Shown here in pieces: positions 25,258-38,900 of a stretch of DNA of 64,000 nt. This DNA is from Mobula hypostoma (Eukaryota): NCBI RefSeq assembly GCF_963921235.1, contig NC_086108.1, positions 9,734,001 to 9,798,000 of the forward strand. The letters are read 5' to 3'. The position numbers were made by a program, and so were the translations under genes. Numbering within the stretch: the first letter of the stretch is position 1; every line of letters starts with the position of its first letter. The notes under the pieces were generated by a model. The model had not been told where the DNA came from. It made no database searches and saw only the letters and a program-made list of their open reading frames with translations.

Positions 25258-28199
25258 CTAGTCCCACTGACCTGCACACGGACCATATCCCTCCATACAC
25301 CTCCCACCCATGTATCTGACCAATTTATTCTTAAATGTTAAAAAAGAACCAGCATTTACCACCTCGTCTGGCAGCTCATTCCATACTCCCACCACTCTCT
25401 GTGTGAAGAAGCCCCCGCTGATGTTCCCTTTAAACTTTTCCCCCCTGAACCTTAACCCATGTCCTCTGGTTTTTTTCTCCCCTTGCCTCAGTGGGAAAAG
25501 CCTGCTTGCATTCACTCTATCTATACCCATCATAATTTTATTTACCTGTATCAAATCTCCCCTCATTCTTCTCGTTCCAGGGAATAAAGTCCTAACCTAT
25601 TCAACCTTTCTCTGTAACTTGAGTTTCTCAAGTCCCGGCAACATCCTTGTAAACCTTCTCTGCACTCTTTCAACCTTATTTATATCCTTCCTGTAATTTG
25701 GTGACCAAAACTGAACACAATACTCCAGATTCGGCCTCACCAATGCCTTATACAACCTCATCATAACATTCCAGCTCTTATACTCAATATTAATTGAGTA
25801 TACTTATACTCAAGATTAATAAAGGCCAATGTACCAAAAGCTCTCTTTACGACCCTATCTACCTGTGACGCCACTTTTAGGGAATTTTGTATCTGTATTC
25901 CCAGATCCCTCTGTTCTACTGCACTCCTCAGTGCCTTACCATTAACCCTGTATCTTCTACCTTGGTTTGTCCTTCCAACGTACAATACCTCACACTTGTC
26001 TGTATTAAACTCCATCTGCCATTTTTCAGCCCATTTTTCCAGCTGGTCCAAGTTCCTCTGCAGGCTCTGAAAACCTTCCTCACTGTCTACTACACCTCCA
26101 ATCTTTGTATCATCAGCAAATTTGCTGATCCAATTTACCACATTATCATCCAGATCATTGATATAGATGACAAATAACAATGGACCCAGCACTGATCCCT
26201 GTGGCACACCACTAGTCACAGGCCTCCACTCGGAGAAGCAATTCTCTACCACCACTCTTTGGCTTCTTCCATCGAGCCAATGTCTAATCCAATTTACCAC
26301 CTCTCCATGTATACCTAGCGACTGAATTTTCCTAACTAATCTCCCATGCGGGACATTGTCAAAGGCCTTACTGAAGTCCATGTAGACAATATCCACTGCC
26401 TTCCCTTCATCCACTTTCCTGGTAACCTCCTCAAAAAACTCCAATAGATTGGTCAGACATGACCTACTAAGCACAAACCATGTTGACTCTCCCTGACAAG
26501 TCTCTGTCTATCCAAATGCTTGTAGATTCTGTTTCTTAGTACTCCCTCCAATAACTTATCTACTACCGACGTTAAACTTACCGGCCTATAATTTCCCAGA
26601 TTACTTTTCGATCCTTTTTTAAACAACGGAACAACATGAGCCACTCTCCAATCCTCCGGCAACTCACCTGTAGACAGCAACATTTTAAATATTTCTGCCA
26701 GGGCCCCTGCAATTTCAACACTAGTCTCCTTCAAGGTCCGAGGGAACACCCTGTCTGGTCCCAGGGATTTATCCACTTTAATTTTCCTCAAGACAGCAAG
26801 CACCTCCTCCTTTTCAATCTGTACAGTTTCCATGATCTCACTACTTGTTTCCCCTAATTCCATAGACTTCATGCCAGTTTCCTTAGTAAATACAGACGTA
26901 AAAAACCTATTTAAGATCTCTCCCATTTCCTTTGGTTCTGCACATAGCTGGCCACTCCGATCTTCAAGAGGACCAATTTTATCCCTTACAATCCTTTTGC
27001 TTTTAATATACCTGTAAAAGCTCTTTGGATTATCCTTCACTTTGACTGCCAAGGCAACCTCATGTCTTCTTTTAGCCCTCCTGATTTCTTTCTTAAGTAT
27101 TTTCTTGCACTTCTTATACTCCTCAAGCGCCTTATTTACTCCCTGTTTCCTATACATGTCATACAACTCCCTCTTCTTCTTTATCAGGGTTGCAATATCC
27201 CTTGAGAACCAAGGTTCCTTATTCCTATTCACTTTGCCTTTAATCCTGACAGGAACATACAAACTCTGCACTCTCAAAATTTCTCCTTTGAAGGCTTCCC
27301 ACCTACCGACCACATCTTTGCCAGAGAACAATCTGTCCCAATCCACGCTTTTTAGATCCTTTCTCATTTCTTCAAATTTGGCCTTCTTCCAGTTCAGAAC
27401 CTCAACCCTAGGACCAGATCTATCCTTGTCCATGATCAAGTTGAAACTAATGGTGTTATGATCACTGGAACCAAAGTGCTCCCCTACGCAGACTTCCGTC
27501 ACTTGTCCTAACTCGTTTCCTACCAGGAGATCCAACATTGCATCCCCTCCAGTTGGTCCCCCTATATATTGATTTAGAAAACTTTCCTGAACACATTTTA
27601 CAAACTCTAAACCATCTAGACCCCTAACATTATGGGAGTCCCAATCAATATATGGAAAATTAAAATCCCCTACCACCACAACTTTATGTTTCCTGCAGTT
27701 GCCTGCTATCTCGCTGCAGATTTGCTCTTCCAATTCTCGTTGACTATTGGGTGGTCTGTAATACAATCCCACTAATGTGGCCATACCTGTTTCTCAGCTC
27801 CACCCATAAGGACTCAGTAGACAAGCCCTCTAATCTGTCCTGCCTGAGCACTGCTGTAATATTTTCCCTGACAAGCAATGCTACTCCCCCACCTTTCATT
27901 CCTCTGCCTCGATCACACCTGAAACATCGGAACCCTGGAATATTAAGCTGCCAGTCCTGCCCCTCCTGTAGCCAAGTTTCACTAATTTCTATAACATCAT
28001 AATTCCAGGTGTCAATCCATGCCCTCAACTCATCCGCCTTCCCCGCAATACTCCTAGCATTGAAATATATACACCTCAGAAGATTTTTACCACCACTCAC
28101 AACCTTTCTATTAGCGGATTTGCTTAAACTTTCAACATCATTTATTTTCACCCCAGCCACACTGTCAGCTCTGGCACTCTGGTTCCCATCCCCCTGCAA
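25258..28199 (-). pseudogene. CR1 ORF2 (AP endonuclease plus reverse transcriptase), broken into several frames
   Basis: APE motifs YFNARSI, ISETWL, GGGVALLV, VGDFNFP, SSDHNTI (ORFs 27744-28199 and 26453-27784). RT motifs NYRPVSLTS, YMDFSKAFD, GVPQGSVLGP, KFADD (25761-26474). C-terminus RGDLIQV...FFTQRVVGVWNELP (25258-25566). Confidence 0.95.
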
Positions 28200-28201
28200 A
28201 T

Positions 28202-28398
28202 CTAGTTTAAAGCCTCCCCAACCGCACTAACAAACCTCCCTGAAAGGATATTGGTCCCCCTGTAGTTCAAGTGTAACTCGTCTCTCTTGTACAGGTCCCA
28301 CCTGCCCCAGAAAAGGTCCCAATGATCCTGAAATCTGAAACCCTGCCCCCTACACCAGTTCCTCAGCCACTTGTTCATCGTCCAGAGCATCCTATTCT
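28202..28398 (-). pseudogene. C-terminal fragment of CR1 ORF1 (SGNH esterase-like domain)
   Basis: WLRNWCRGQGFRFQDHWDLFWGRWDLYKRDELHLNYRGT has the DxxH-L-N block typical of CR1 ORF1 esterases and lies immediately upstream of ORF2. Confidence 0.85.
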
Positions 28399-28619
28399 TC
28401 AGAAATCTTCAGAATCTTCAGAAATCAAGAAGGAAGCACAAAACTTATTGCTTCAAGAACAAAGAACGAACAAAGAGCTGGAGGAACAAAGAAAAGAAAA
28501 AGAAAAATGTAGCTATACTTGTCTTATACTCAGACTAGAGATAATGCAAATTCCAGTGATAACTATTAATTTATAAAATTGACGGATTCAAACCGCATGA
28601 CACCTGACACCAAAAACTA

Positions 28620-28750
28620 TAAAAGTTTTGAGAAAAATACAGACGCAGATGTATTAGTTGGGGGGGGGGGGGCGGGGTTTAAAGGTTACGGGGAAAAGAC
28701 AGGAGAATGGGTTGAGAGGGATAGTAATCAGCCATGCTGAAATGGACAGC
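28620..28750 (+). mobile_element. Short decayed CR1 3' end
   Basis: AAAGGTTACGGGGAAAAGACAGGAGAATGGGTTGAG...ATCAGCCATG resembles the reverse complement of the CR1 3' region at ~14630-14690. Confidence 0.55.
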
Positions 28751-29049
28751 CACCACATGGTCCTTCATAGATCATGCTCAGGGTCCGGTAGCATGGAACG
28801 TAAGAAAAATGGGGACCCTTCACTGCTACAGCCTTCCTGTGCCTTTGCAGCCTCGTGATGTGTCAACATCTTCCACTAGCTCCACTACTGAGATCTTGGT
28901 TGGCTTGCTTCTTGTCTGGAACCTCCCCCTTGACCCTACTCCCATGGTTGACCTTACCAGGGGAGCATCACTCTTGAGATTTCAGGAACTCACAGACCTC
29001 TCAACCATGATGAGGTGACGACCCTCGGAGAAAAACAAGTAGGTAATAT

Positions 29050-29350
29050 GCTTGTCACACTCAGATACACAAAGCCATATACATCAGGGGCAGGGGCTCC
29101 TTCTCCACCATTTAACAATATCATGGTTGGTCTGATTTTTGCCTTAATCCTGCATTTCTGTGGTGACCTTTCACCTTTGCTTGTTGAGAATCACTATCAA
29201 CCTCACTTTAAACACACTCTTTCCACAGTGAGGCCCTCTGAGAGAGGAAAGCTCACCTCCTCCTGTCCTTGAGTAGCTGGCCTTCATTGCTTTGGTCTGA
29301 GGTTCTCCTTCAAGAGCAAATACCCTCTCCACATTCATTCTGTCAGGACC
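29050..29350 (-). mobile_element. Highly decayed CR1 3' fragment
   Basis: Minus-strand residues DRMNVERVFALEGEPQTK resemble the CR1 ORF2 C-terminus, next to 3' UTR-like sequence. Confidence 0.5.
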
Positions 29351-29351
29351 C

Positions 29352-29992
29352 CATAAGACAAAGGAGCAGTAATATGCCATTTGGTGGGCTCATCATGGCT
29401 GATTCATTTCCCTTTGAACCCCAATCTCCTGCCTTTTCCCTGTAAACTTTCATGCCAGGACTAATCTTAAATCTCTGCCTTAAGTCCGCCCAATGACTTC
29501 GCCTCCATAGCCGTCTGTGGCAACAAATTCCACCATCCTCTGGGCAAAGAGATTCCTCCTCATCTCTGCTCCTTCTATTCTGAGGCTGTGTCCTCTGGCC
29601 TTAGGCTCCCTCAGTATAGGAAACATCCTCTCCACATCCACTCTATTGAGGCCTTTCAGCATTCAACAGGTTTCAATGAGATCCACCCTCATTCTTAGAA
29701 TTCCAGTGGGTATAGGTCTAAAGCCATCATTTGCCGATAAGCCTTCCAATCCCAGAATCGTTTTCTTGAACCTTCTTTGAACCCTCTCCAATGTCAGCGC
29801 ATCCTTTCTTAGATAAGGGGCCCAAAACTTCTCATTATACTCCATGTGAGGCCTCCCCAGTCCTGTATAAAGCCTCAGAATTACATTCTTATTTTTATAT
29901 TCTAGTCCTCTTGAAATGAATGCAAACATGGCATTTGCCTTCCTCACCCCAACTCAACCTGCAAGTTAACCTTTAGGGAATCCTGCATGAGG
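29352..29992 (-). mobile_element. Decayed CR1 3' fragment
   Basis: ORFs 29663-29947 (KANAMFAFISRGLEYK...RPHMEY..KFWAPYLRKD.LTLERVQRRF) and 29480-29662 (LKGLNRVDVERMFP...RGHSLRI). Confidence 0.9.
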
Positions 29993-31002
29993 AATAGTTC
30001 AAACCCTGTGTAACCAAGTGACTGTCGAATCTTATTCAGTATCGTTAAAAATGTACTTAGGCATCCATCCAGGTAATGCTAGAATAGTTGTCTGTGCCTT
30101 TAAGTGGAGATGGTGATGTCATGATGCACTCGCGGGATAGTGGGGAGACCATTTTGTTTTCTGCGGGAGAAGCTGGTAGGGCCTTGGAATCGAGTTCCTC
30201 CCCGAGATTCTGGGCATGGTGAGGAGAGGTGAGCATTAATTTACAATATCCAAGTGAATTCATTTATGCTTGTTGGCGAATCGAGAATATCGGTACTTTG
30301 ACATGTTCTCCATGTGGATGCTTTAGATTTTCACGAGTGAAGGCACCGGTGCTGGATGGCGTGGCTTGTGCGAAGTTCCTCACCAGCCAAGTAGGTCAGT
30401 CTTCCTGTAATTTAACTACCAGGCAATACCTTGTAAAGTTGTGTCAAAGTGTACCTTTTGTCTAACTTTATTGTATCAGGACTGATTGAGCATGTAACCG
30501 CGTAACATGAATGTTTAGTCTCTGTTTGGAAGTTCAGCACGTGTGTACGTCTTAGATGAGATGTATTCGCTTACATTTTCGCTGCTACGTATAAGATACA
30601 GGGTTGGGGGGGGATTCTAATGTTTATATTGCGTTCCTTCAGGATTGCCAGTACCATATTAGTTCTGTATTAGTTTTGTGCGGTGTGCTTTATGTATTTT
30701 TATACTGCATACGCAGTTTGCTGCTACACAAGGGTGTGGATCGAAAGTTAAATGGAGATTGTAACAGCAAGAACTGGTTATAAATTCGTTCGTTTTGTTT
30801 TGTGACCCTCTTCTGGCACTTAAACATCTAAAACAGATAAAGGAATTAAAACCGGAAAAAGTGCTTGTTGTCCTGAGTGTGTACTTTTCCCCAGGCTACA
30901 TTTGCAATATTCCATCTTGACTCTCCCGCAGAGTTGTTGTGCAGAAGCTGGGAGATAACTGGCACCTTTGATGGTCTGGTTATAGAGTCATACAGTCTTA
31001 CT

Positions 31003-31240
31003 TTTATTTTATGTAGAGATACAGCACTGAAACAGGCCCTTCTGGCCCAATGAGCCCAGGCCAACCAATTCCAGCCACATGATCAATTCACCTCCTAAAG
31101 CCTTTGGACTGTGGGAGGAAACCAGAGCACCCAGAGGAAATCCACATGGCCAATTACGAACTCCTTACAGACAGCGTGAGGAGTTGACCCAAGTCCTGTA
31201 CTGTAAAGGGTTACGCTAATGGCTGTGCTATCATGTCACC
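31003..31240 (-). mobile_element. Decayed tRNA-derived V-SINE (HE1-like)
   Basis: TGTGGGAGGAAACCAGAGCACCCAGAGGAAATCCACA (~31110-31146) is the reverse complement of the V-SINE central domain. A CR1-like tail (TACAGCACTGAAACAGGCCCTTC) lies to its left. Boundaries are approximate. Confidence 0.75.
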
Positions 31241-31672
31241 ACAAAGGAGCCCTACTGCAATGAAAGAAGGCCTTTCGGCCCTTCCAGTCCATGCCAGTCT
31301 GGTTTTCTGCCCAGTCCCATCTTCCCGCACCTACACTTTAACCCTCGCTACCCCTCCCATCTGGTCTGACAGAAACTGGGAAATGCTTCTGTATACTAAG
31401 GGGGTCGACAGAGAAGCATTTGGTGGAGAAAGTGGCACCGAAGGTCAGACGTGAACCCACTGTACATGGAGCAGGGGTGAGGGGCCGAACCTTCCCTGCA
31501 TTCACAGTCACTGGAATGTGGTAAGCGAGAAGGGAACACAGCTGACCAGTGCACAGCAAGATCCCACAGGCGCTGGCACCAAGCTGCCAGAGAGATTCCG
31601 TTCAGCCCAAGGATCCCCTCTGTGTTCCACAGTTAGCTGTCAGCTGACATCTTAGTCAGGAGAACAGATGTA

Positions 31673-31674
<2 letters not shown>

Positions 31675-31748
<74 letters not shown>

Positions 31749-31760
31749 GGAGAGAGGGAG
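31675..31760. repeat. (GA)n microsatellite
   Basis: Direct reading. Confidence 0.97.
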
Positions 31761-32337
31761 ATGGGGAGGAGAGGAAGAGAGGGTAAGAGAATCATGATTT
31801 GAGTGCTGGAGTAGAAGAATAAGAAAGACAAGGCAGGAATTTGACAAACTCTGTTCTGGAGAGGAGAATTGGCCATCTCGCTGAGTCACTGAGTCTTGGT
31901 AGTTTCGGTAGTCTCGTTGAGTAAGTGTTAGCTACCAGCTGCCCCGTGTTCACATTCTATTTCCTGACCGTGGTTGACGGACCTGATGAGATTTGTATTG
32001 AAGTGAAGCTGAAGTAATTAAAGCTCTTAATAATGGGGAATAAGGGGAGTGCTGTAAACAGATTTAGACTGAGGGCGATACTAATTCCTTATTTATCTCT
32101 GTTATTCCCTCCATAACAAGAAGCCGGAATGTGCTGGGGTTTCTGATTCAGCTAATCTATTTGAAAAGGGAATGTAGATGAGTGGAGGTGTGCCTGCGCA
32201 CCCAGTCAGGCCTTTGACTGAATCACATATCAGTGGCTGCGCAAAATCCCGGGATTTTCTAAGGGAGGGGATTATGTTTGGAGATCAGACTGGCTCCTGT
32301 GGGTCTGTTCCCTTCCAACTGAAACGAATGCCTTGCA

Positions 32338-32692
32338 AAAGACACAAAATGCTGGAGGAACTCAGCAGGCCGGGCAGTGTCTATGGACAACACCAAACAG
32401 GCGACATTTCAGACTGAGACCTCTCATCGGGAATGGAAAGGAAGGGAGAAGATGCCAGAAGGAAAAAGGTGGGGAGGAGGGGAAGAATGCTAGATGGGGG
32501 TGATAGATGAAGCCGGGTGGGTGGGAAAGGTAAAGGGCTGGAGAGGAGGGAATCTGATGGAAGAGGAAAGTGGACCATTGGAGAAAGGGGCGGAGGAGGG
32601 GACCCAAGGTGAGGAGAGGTCAGAGTTGGGAACAGAAGAATGGGGGCGGGGGGTGGGAATGTTTTTACCAGAAGGAGAAATCAATTTTAATG
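32338..32692 (-). mobile_element. Old PLE 3' UTR remnant with a degenerate hammerhead
   Basis: Starts CACAAAATGCTGGAGGAACTCAGCAGG like the 19205 remnant. The reverse complement near 32400-32443 reads CCGATGA GAGGTCTCAGTCT GAAAT GTC, with the core box mutated. Confidence 0.75.
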
Positions 32693-32719
32693 TCCACTTA
32701 TCCAGCTTCTTTTTATTAA

Positions 32720-32982
32720 AACAGATTCTTCCCTCCTCCATAAGATTTCTGAATGGGCAGTGAACCCATGAACACTCTTTGGTTATATTATTCCCTCTCT
32801 TTTTGCACGAATTGTTTAATTTAATCTAAAAATGTGAAGTAAATTATATTTAAATTATTTTAATCTAAAATCTAAAATAAATTAATTTAATCTAAAATGT
32901 TAAATAAATTATTAAATTTAATCAGGAAAATGGTCAAGGATCCCACTCCCTGCTCATGGACTGTTTGTCCCACTTCCATCAG
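32720..32982 (+). mobile_element. Possible Rex1/Babar-type LINE scraps separated by an AT-rich stretch
   Basis: AACAGATTCTTCCCTCCTCCATAAGATTTCTGAAT resembles the C-terminal NSFFPxAIRxLN motif. AAGGATCCCAC...GCTCATGGACTGTTTGTCCCACTTCCATCAG resembles KDPTHPAHGLFVPLPS. The matches are short and recognised by eye. Confidence 0.45.
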
Positions 32983-35900
32983 AATCACCCTACTCCACAC
33001 CAGGACCACACTCAACAACAGAGTCACCATATTCCACAACAGGACCACATTCCACACCAGGATCACTCTACTCCACATCAGGATCACCCTTCTCCACACC
33101 AGGATCACACTCCACACCAGGATGACACTTCTCCACACTAGAATCACACTCCACACCAGGATCACCCTACTCCACACCAAGATTGCCCTACTCCATACCA
33201 GGATCACCCTACTCCACAACAGGAACACACTCCACACCAGGATCACACTCCACACCAGGATCATCCTACTCCACACCAGGACCACCTTACTCAACGCCAG
33301 GATCACACTCCACACCAGGATCACACTCCACATGAGGATCACACTACTCCACACCAGGATCACCCTACTCCACACCAGAATCACTCTACTCCACACCAGG
33401 ATCACCCTACTCCACACCAGGACCACCCTACTCCACACCAGGATCACCCTACTCCACACCAGGATCACCCTACTCCACACCAGAATCACTCTACTCCACA
33501 CCAGGATCACCCTACTCCACACCAGGAACACACTCCACACCAGGATAACACCTCACACCACGATCACTCTTCTCCACAACAGAATCTCCCTACTGCACAC
33601 CAGAAACACCCTACTCCACACCAGGATCACACACCACACCAGAATCACCCTACTCCACACCAGGATCACACTACTCCACATCAGTATCACACTCCACACC
33701 AGGATCACTCAACCCCACACCAGGATCACTCTACCCCACACCAGGACCACCCTACTCCACACCAAGATTGCCCTACTCCACAACAGGAACACACTCCACA
33801 CCAGGATCACACTCCACACCAGGATAACACCTCACACCACGATCACTCTCCTCCACAACAGAATCTCCCTACTGCACACCAGAAACACCCTACTCCACAG
33901 CAGGATCACACACCACACCAGAATCACCCTACTCCACACCAGGATCACCCTACTCCACACCAGAATCACTCTACTCCACACCAGGATCATCCTACTCCAC
34001 ACCAGGACCACCTTACTCAACACCAGGATCACACTCCACACCAGGATCACACTCCACACCAGGATCACACTACTACACACCAGGATCACCCTACTCCACA
34101 CCAGAATCACTCTACTCCACACCGGGATCACCCTACTCCACACCAGGACCACCCTACTCCACACCAGGATCACCCTACTCCACACCAGGATCACCCTACT
34201 CCACAGTAGGTTCTCACTCCACACCAAAATCACACTACTCCAAACCAGAATCACCCTACTCCACACCAGAATCACCCTACTCCACACCAGGACCACCCTA
34301 CTCCACACCAGGATCACCCTACTCCACACCAGGATCACCCTACTCCACACCAGGATCACCCTACTCCACACTAGGATTGCCCTACTCCAAACCAGTATCA
34401 CACTCCACACCAGGATCACTCTACACTACACCAGAATCAACCTACTCCACACCAACACCACCCTATTCCACAACATGACCACCCTACCCGACACCAGGAT
34501 CACTGTACCCCACACCCGGATCACCCTCCACACCAGGATCGCCCTACTCCACACCAGAATCACCCTACTCCACACCAGTATCACTCTACTCCACACCAGG
34601 ATCACCCTACTCCACACCAGGATCACACTACACACCAGGATCATTGTACTCCACACCAGGATCCCCCTACTCCACAGCAGGATCACTCTACTCCACACCA
34701 GGGTCACCCTACTCCACACCAGGATCCCCCTACTCCACAGCAGGATCACTCTACTCCACACCAGGGTCACCCTACTCCACACCAGGACTACCCTACTCCA
34801 GACCAAGATTGCACTTCTCCACACCAGGATCACCCTACTCCGCACCAGGATCACAGTTCACTCCAGGATCACCCTTCTCTACACCAGAATCACCCTACTC
34901 CACAACAGAATGACCCTACTCCACACCAGGACCACCCTACCCCACATCAGGATCACACTCCAGACCAGGATCACCATACTCCACACCAGAATCACTATAC
35001 TCCACACCAGGATCACCCTATTGCACACCACAATCGCACTCCACCCCAGGATCACCCTACTCCACACCGGGATCACCATACTCCACACCAGAATCACTAT
35101 ACTCCACACCAGGATCACCCTACTGCACACCAGAAACACTCTACTGCACTCCATGATCACACTACTCCACACCAGGATCACACATTTCCACACCAGGATC
35201 ACACTACCCCACACCAGGATCACACTCCACACCAGGATCACCCTACTCCACACCAGGATCACCCTACTCCACACCAGAATCACTCTACTCCACACCAGGA
35301 TCACCCTACTCCACACCAGGATCACCCTACTCCACACCAGAATCACTCTACTCCACACCAGGATCACCCTACTCCACACCAGGACAACCCTAATCTACAC
35401 CAGGATCACACTCTGCACCAGGATCTCAGTCCACACCAGGATCGCCCTTCTCCACACCAGGATCACCCTACTCCACACCAGGATCACCCTACTCCACACC
35501 AGGATCGCCCTACTCCACACCAGGATCACCCTACTCCACACTAGGATTGCCCTACTCCAAACCAGTATCACACTCCACACCAGGATCACTCTACACTACA
35601 CCAGAATCAACCTACTCCACACCAACACCACCCTATTCCACAACATGACCACCCTACCCGACACCAGGATCACTGTACCCCACACCCGGATCACCCTCCA
35701 CACCAGGATCGCCCTACTCCACACCAGAATCACCCTACTCCACACCAGTATCACTCTACTCCACACCAGGATCACCCTACTCCACACCTGGATCACACTA
35801 CACACCAGGATCATTGTACTCCACACCAGGATCCCCCTACTCCACAGCAGGATCACTCTACTCCACACCAGGGTCACCCTACTCCACAGCAGGATCACTC

Positions 35901-38900
35901 TACTCCACACCAGAATCACCCTACTCCACACCAGGACTACCCTACTCCAGACCAAGATTGCACTTCTCCACACCAGGATCACCCTACTCCGCACCAGGAT
36001 CACAGTTCACTCCAGGATCACCCTTCTCTACACCAGAATCACCCTACTCCACAACAGAATGACCCTACTCCACACCAGGACCACCCTACTCCACATCAGG
36101 ATCACACTCCAGACCAGGATCACCCTACTCCACACCAGAATCGCACTCCACCCCAGGATCACCCTACTCCACACCAGAATCGCACTCCACCCCAGGATCA
36201 CCCTACTCCACACCGGGATCACCATACTCCACACCAGAATCACTATACTCCACACCAGGATCAACCTACTGCACACCAGAAACACTCTACTCCACACCAG
36301 AATCACTCTACTCCACGCCAGGATTACCCTACTGCACACCAGAAACACTCTACTGCACTCCATGATCACACTACTCCACACCAGGATCACACATTTCCAC
36401 ACCAGGATCACTCTACTCCACACCAGGATCACCCCACTCCACACCAGGACCACCTTACTCAACGCCAGGATCACACTCCACACCAGGATCACACTCCACA
36501 TGAGGATCACACTACTCCACACCAGGATCACCCTACTCCACACCAGAATCACTCTACTCCACACCAGGATCACCCTACTCCACACCAGAATCACTCTACT
36601 CCACACCAGGATCACCCTACTCCACACCAGGACAACCCTAATCTACACCAGGATCACACTCCACACCAGGATCACACTCAACACCAGGATCACACTCCAC
36701 ACCAGGATAACACCTCACACCACGATCACTCTTCTCCACAACAGAATCTCCCTACTGCACACCAGAAACACCCTACTCCACACCAGGATCTCACACCACA
36801 CCAGAATCACCCTACTCCACACCAGGATCACACTACTCCACATCAGTATCACACTCCACACCAGGATCACTCTACTCCACACCAGAATCACACTACTCCA
36901 CACCAGGATCATCTTACTCCACATCAGGACCACCTTACTCAACACCAGGATCACACTCCATACCAGGATCATACTCCACACCAGGATCACACTACTCCAC
37001 ACTAGGATCACCCTACTCCACACCAGAATCACTCTACTCCACACCAGGATCACCCTACTCCACACCAGGACCACACTACTCCACACCAGGATCACCCTAC
37101 GCCACACCAGAATCACTCTACTCCACACCAGGATCACCCTACTCCACACCAGGATCACCCTACTCCACACCAGAATCACTCTACTCCACACCAGGACCAC
37201 CCTACTCTACACCTGGATCACACTCTGCACCAGGATCTCACTCCACACCAGGATCGCCCTTCTCCACACCAGGATCACCCTACTCTACACCTGGATCACA
37301 CTCTGCACCAGGATCTCACTACACACCAGGATCTCCCTTCTCCACACCAGGAACACCCTACTCCACACCAGAATCACCTTACTCCACACCAGGACCACAC
37401 TCCACACCAGAATCACCCTACTCCATACGAGAATCACCCTACTCCACACCAGAATACCTTACTCCACTCCAAGACCACCCTATTCCACACCAGGACCACC
37501 CAACCCCACAGCAGGATCACACGACCCCACACCAGGATCACACTCCACAACAGGGTCGCCCTACTCCACACGAGCATAACCTTACTCCACTCCAGGATCA
37601 CACTCCACACCAGTATCATCCTACTCCACACCAGGACCACACTCCACACCAGGTTCATACTCCACACCAGGATCTCCCTACTCCACACCAGAAGCACCCT
37701 ACTCCACACCAGGATCACCCTACTCCATACCAGGACAACCCTACACCACAACAGGATCTCCCTACTCCACATCAGGAGCAGCCTACTCCACACCAGGATC
37801 ACCCTACTCCACACCAGGACAACCCTACACCACAACAGGATCTCCCTACTCCAGATCAGGAGCACCCTACTCCACACCAGGACCACCCTATTCCACACCA
37901 GGACCACCCTATTCCACACCAGAATCACACTGCACACCAGGATCACACTACTCCACACCAGGACCACCTAACCCCACACCAGGATCACACTCCACACCAG
38001 GATCACACTACTCCACAGTAGGTTCTCACTCCACACCAAAATCACACTACTCCAAACCAGAATCACCCTACTCCACACCAGAATCACCCTACTCCACACC
38101 AGGACCACCCTACTCCACACCAGGATCACCCTACTCCACACCAGGATCACACTACTCCACAGTAGGTTCTCACTCCACACCAAAATCACACTACTCCAAA
38201 CCAGAATCACCCTACTCCACACCAGAATCACCCTACTCCACACCAGGACCACCCTACTCCACACCAGGATCACCCTACTCCACACCAGGATCGCCCTACT
38301 CCACACCAGGATCACCCTACTCCACACTAGGATTGCCCTACTCCAAACCAGTATCACACTCCACACCAGGATCACTCTACACTACACCAGAATCAACCTA
38401 CTCCACACCAACACCACCCTATTCCACAACATGACCACCCTACCCGACACCAGGATCACTGTACCCCACACCCGGATCACCCTCCACACCAGGATCGCCC
38501 TACTCCACACCAGAATCACCCTACTCCACACCAGTATCACTCTACTCCACACCAGGATCACCCTACTCCACACCAGGATCACACTACACACCAGGATCAT
38601 TGTACTCCACACCAGGATCCCCCTACTCCACAGCAGGATCACTCTACTCCACACCAGGGTTACCCTACTCCACACCAGGACTAACCTACTCCAGACCAAG
38701 ATTGCACTTCTCCACACCAGGATCACCCTACTCCGCACCAGGATCACAGTTCACTCCAGGATCACCCTTCTCTACACCAGAATCACCCTACTCTACAACA
38801 GAATGACCCTACTCCACACCAGGACCACCCTACTCCACATCAGGATCACACTCCAGACCAGGATCACCCTACTCCACACCAGAATCGCACTCCACCCCAG

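Larger units (their letters stand above)
25172..28398 (-). mobile_element. CR1-clade LINE, ~3.2 kb, 5'-truncated within ORF1; ORF2 full-span but frameshifted
   Basis: Order on the minus strand is ORF1 end, APE domain, RT domain, C-terminus, 3' UTR and a tail seen on + as (CCATAGAAA)3 at 25172-25198. Confidence 0.97.

Noticed and set aside
25172..28398. Active autonomous CR1
   Set aside because: It is 5'-truncated in ORF1, and ORF2 has several frameshifts.
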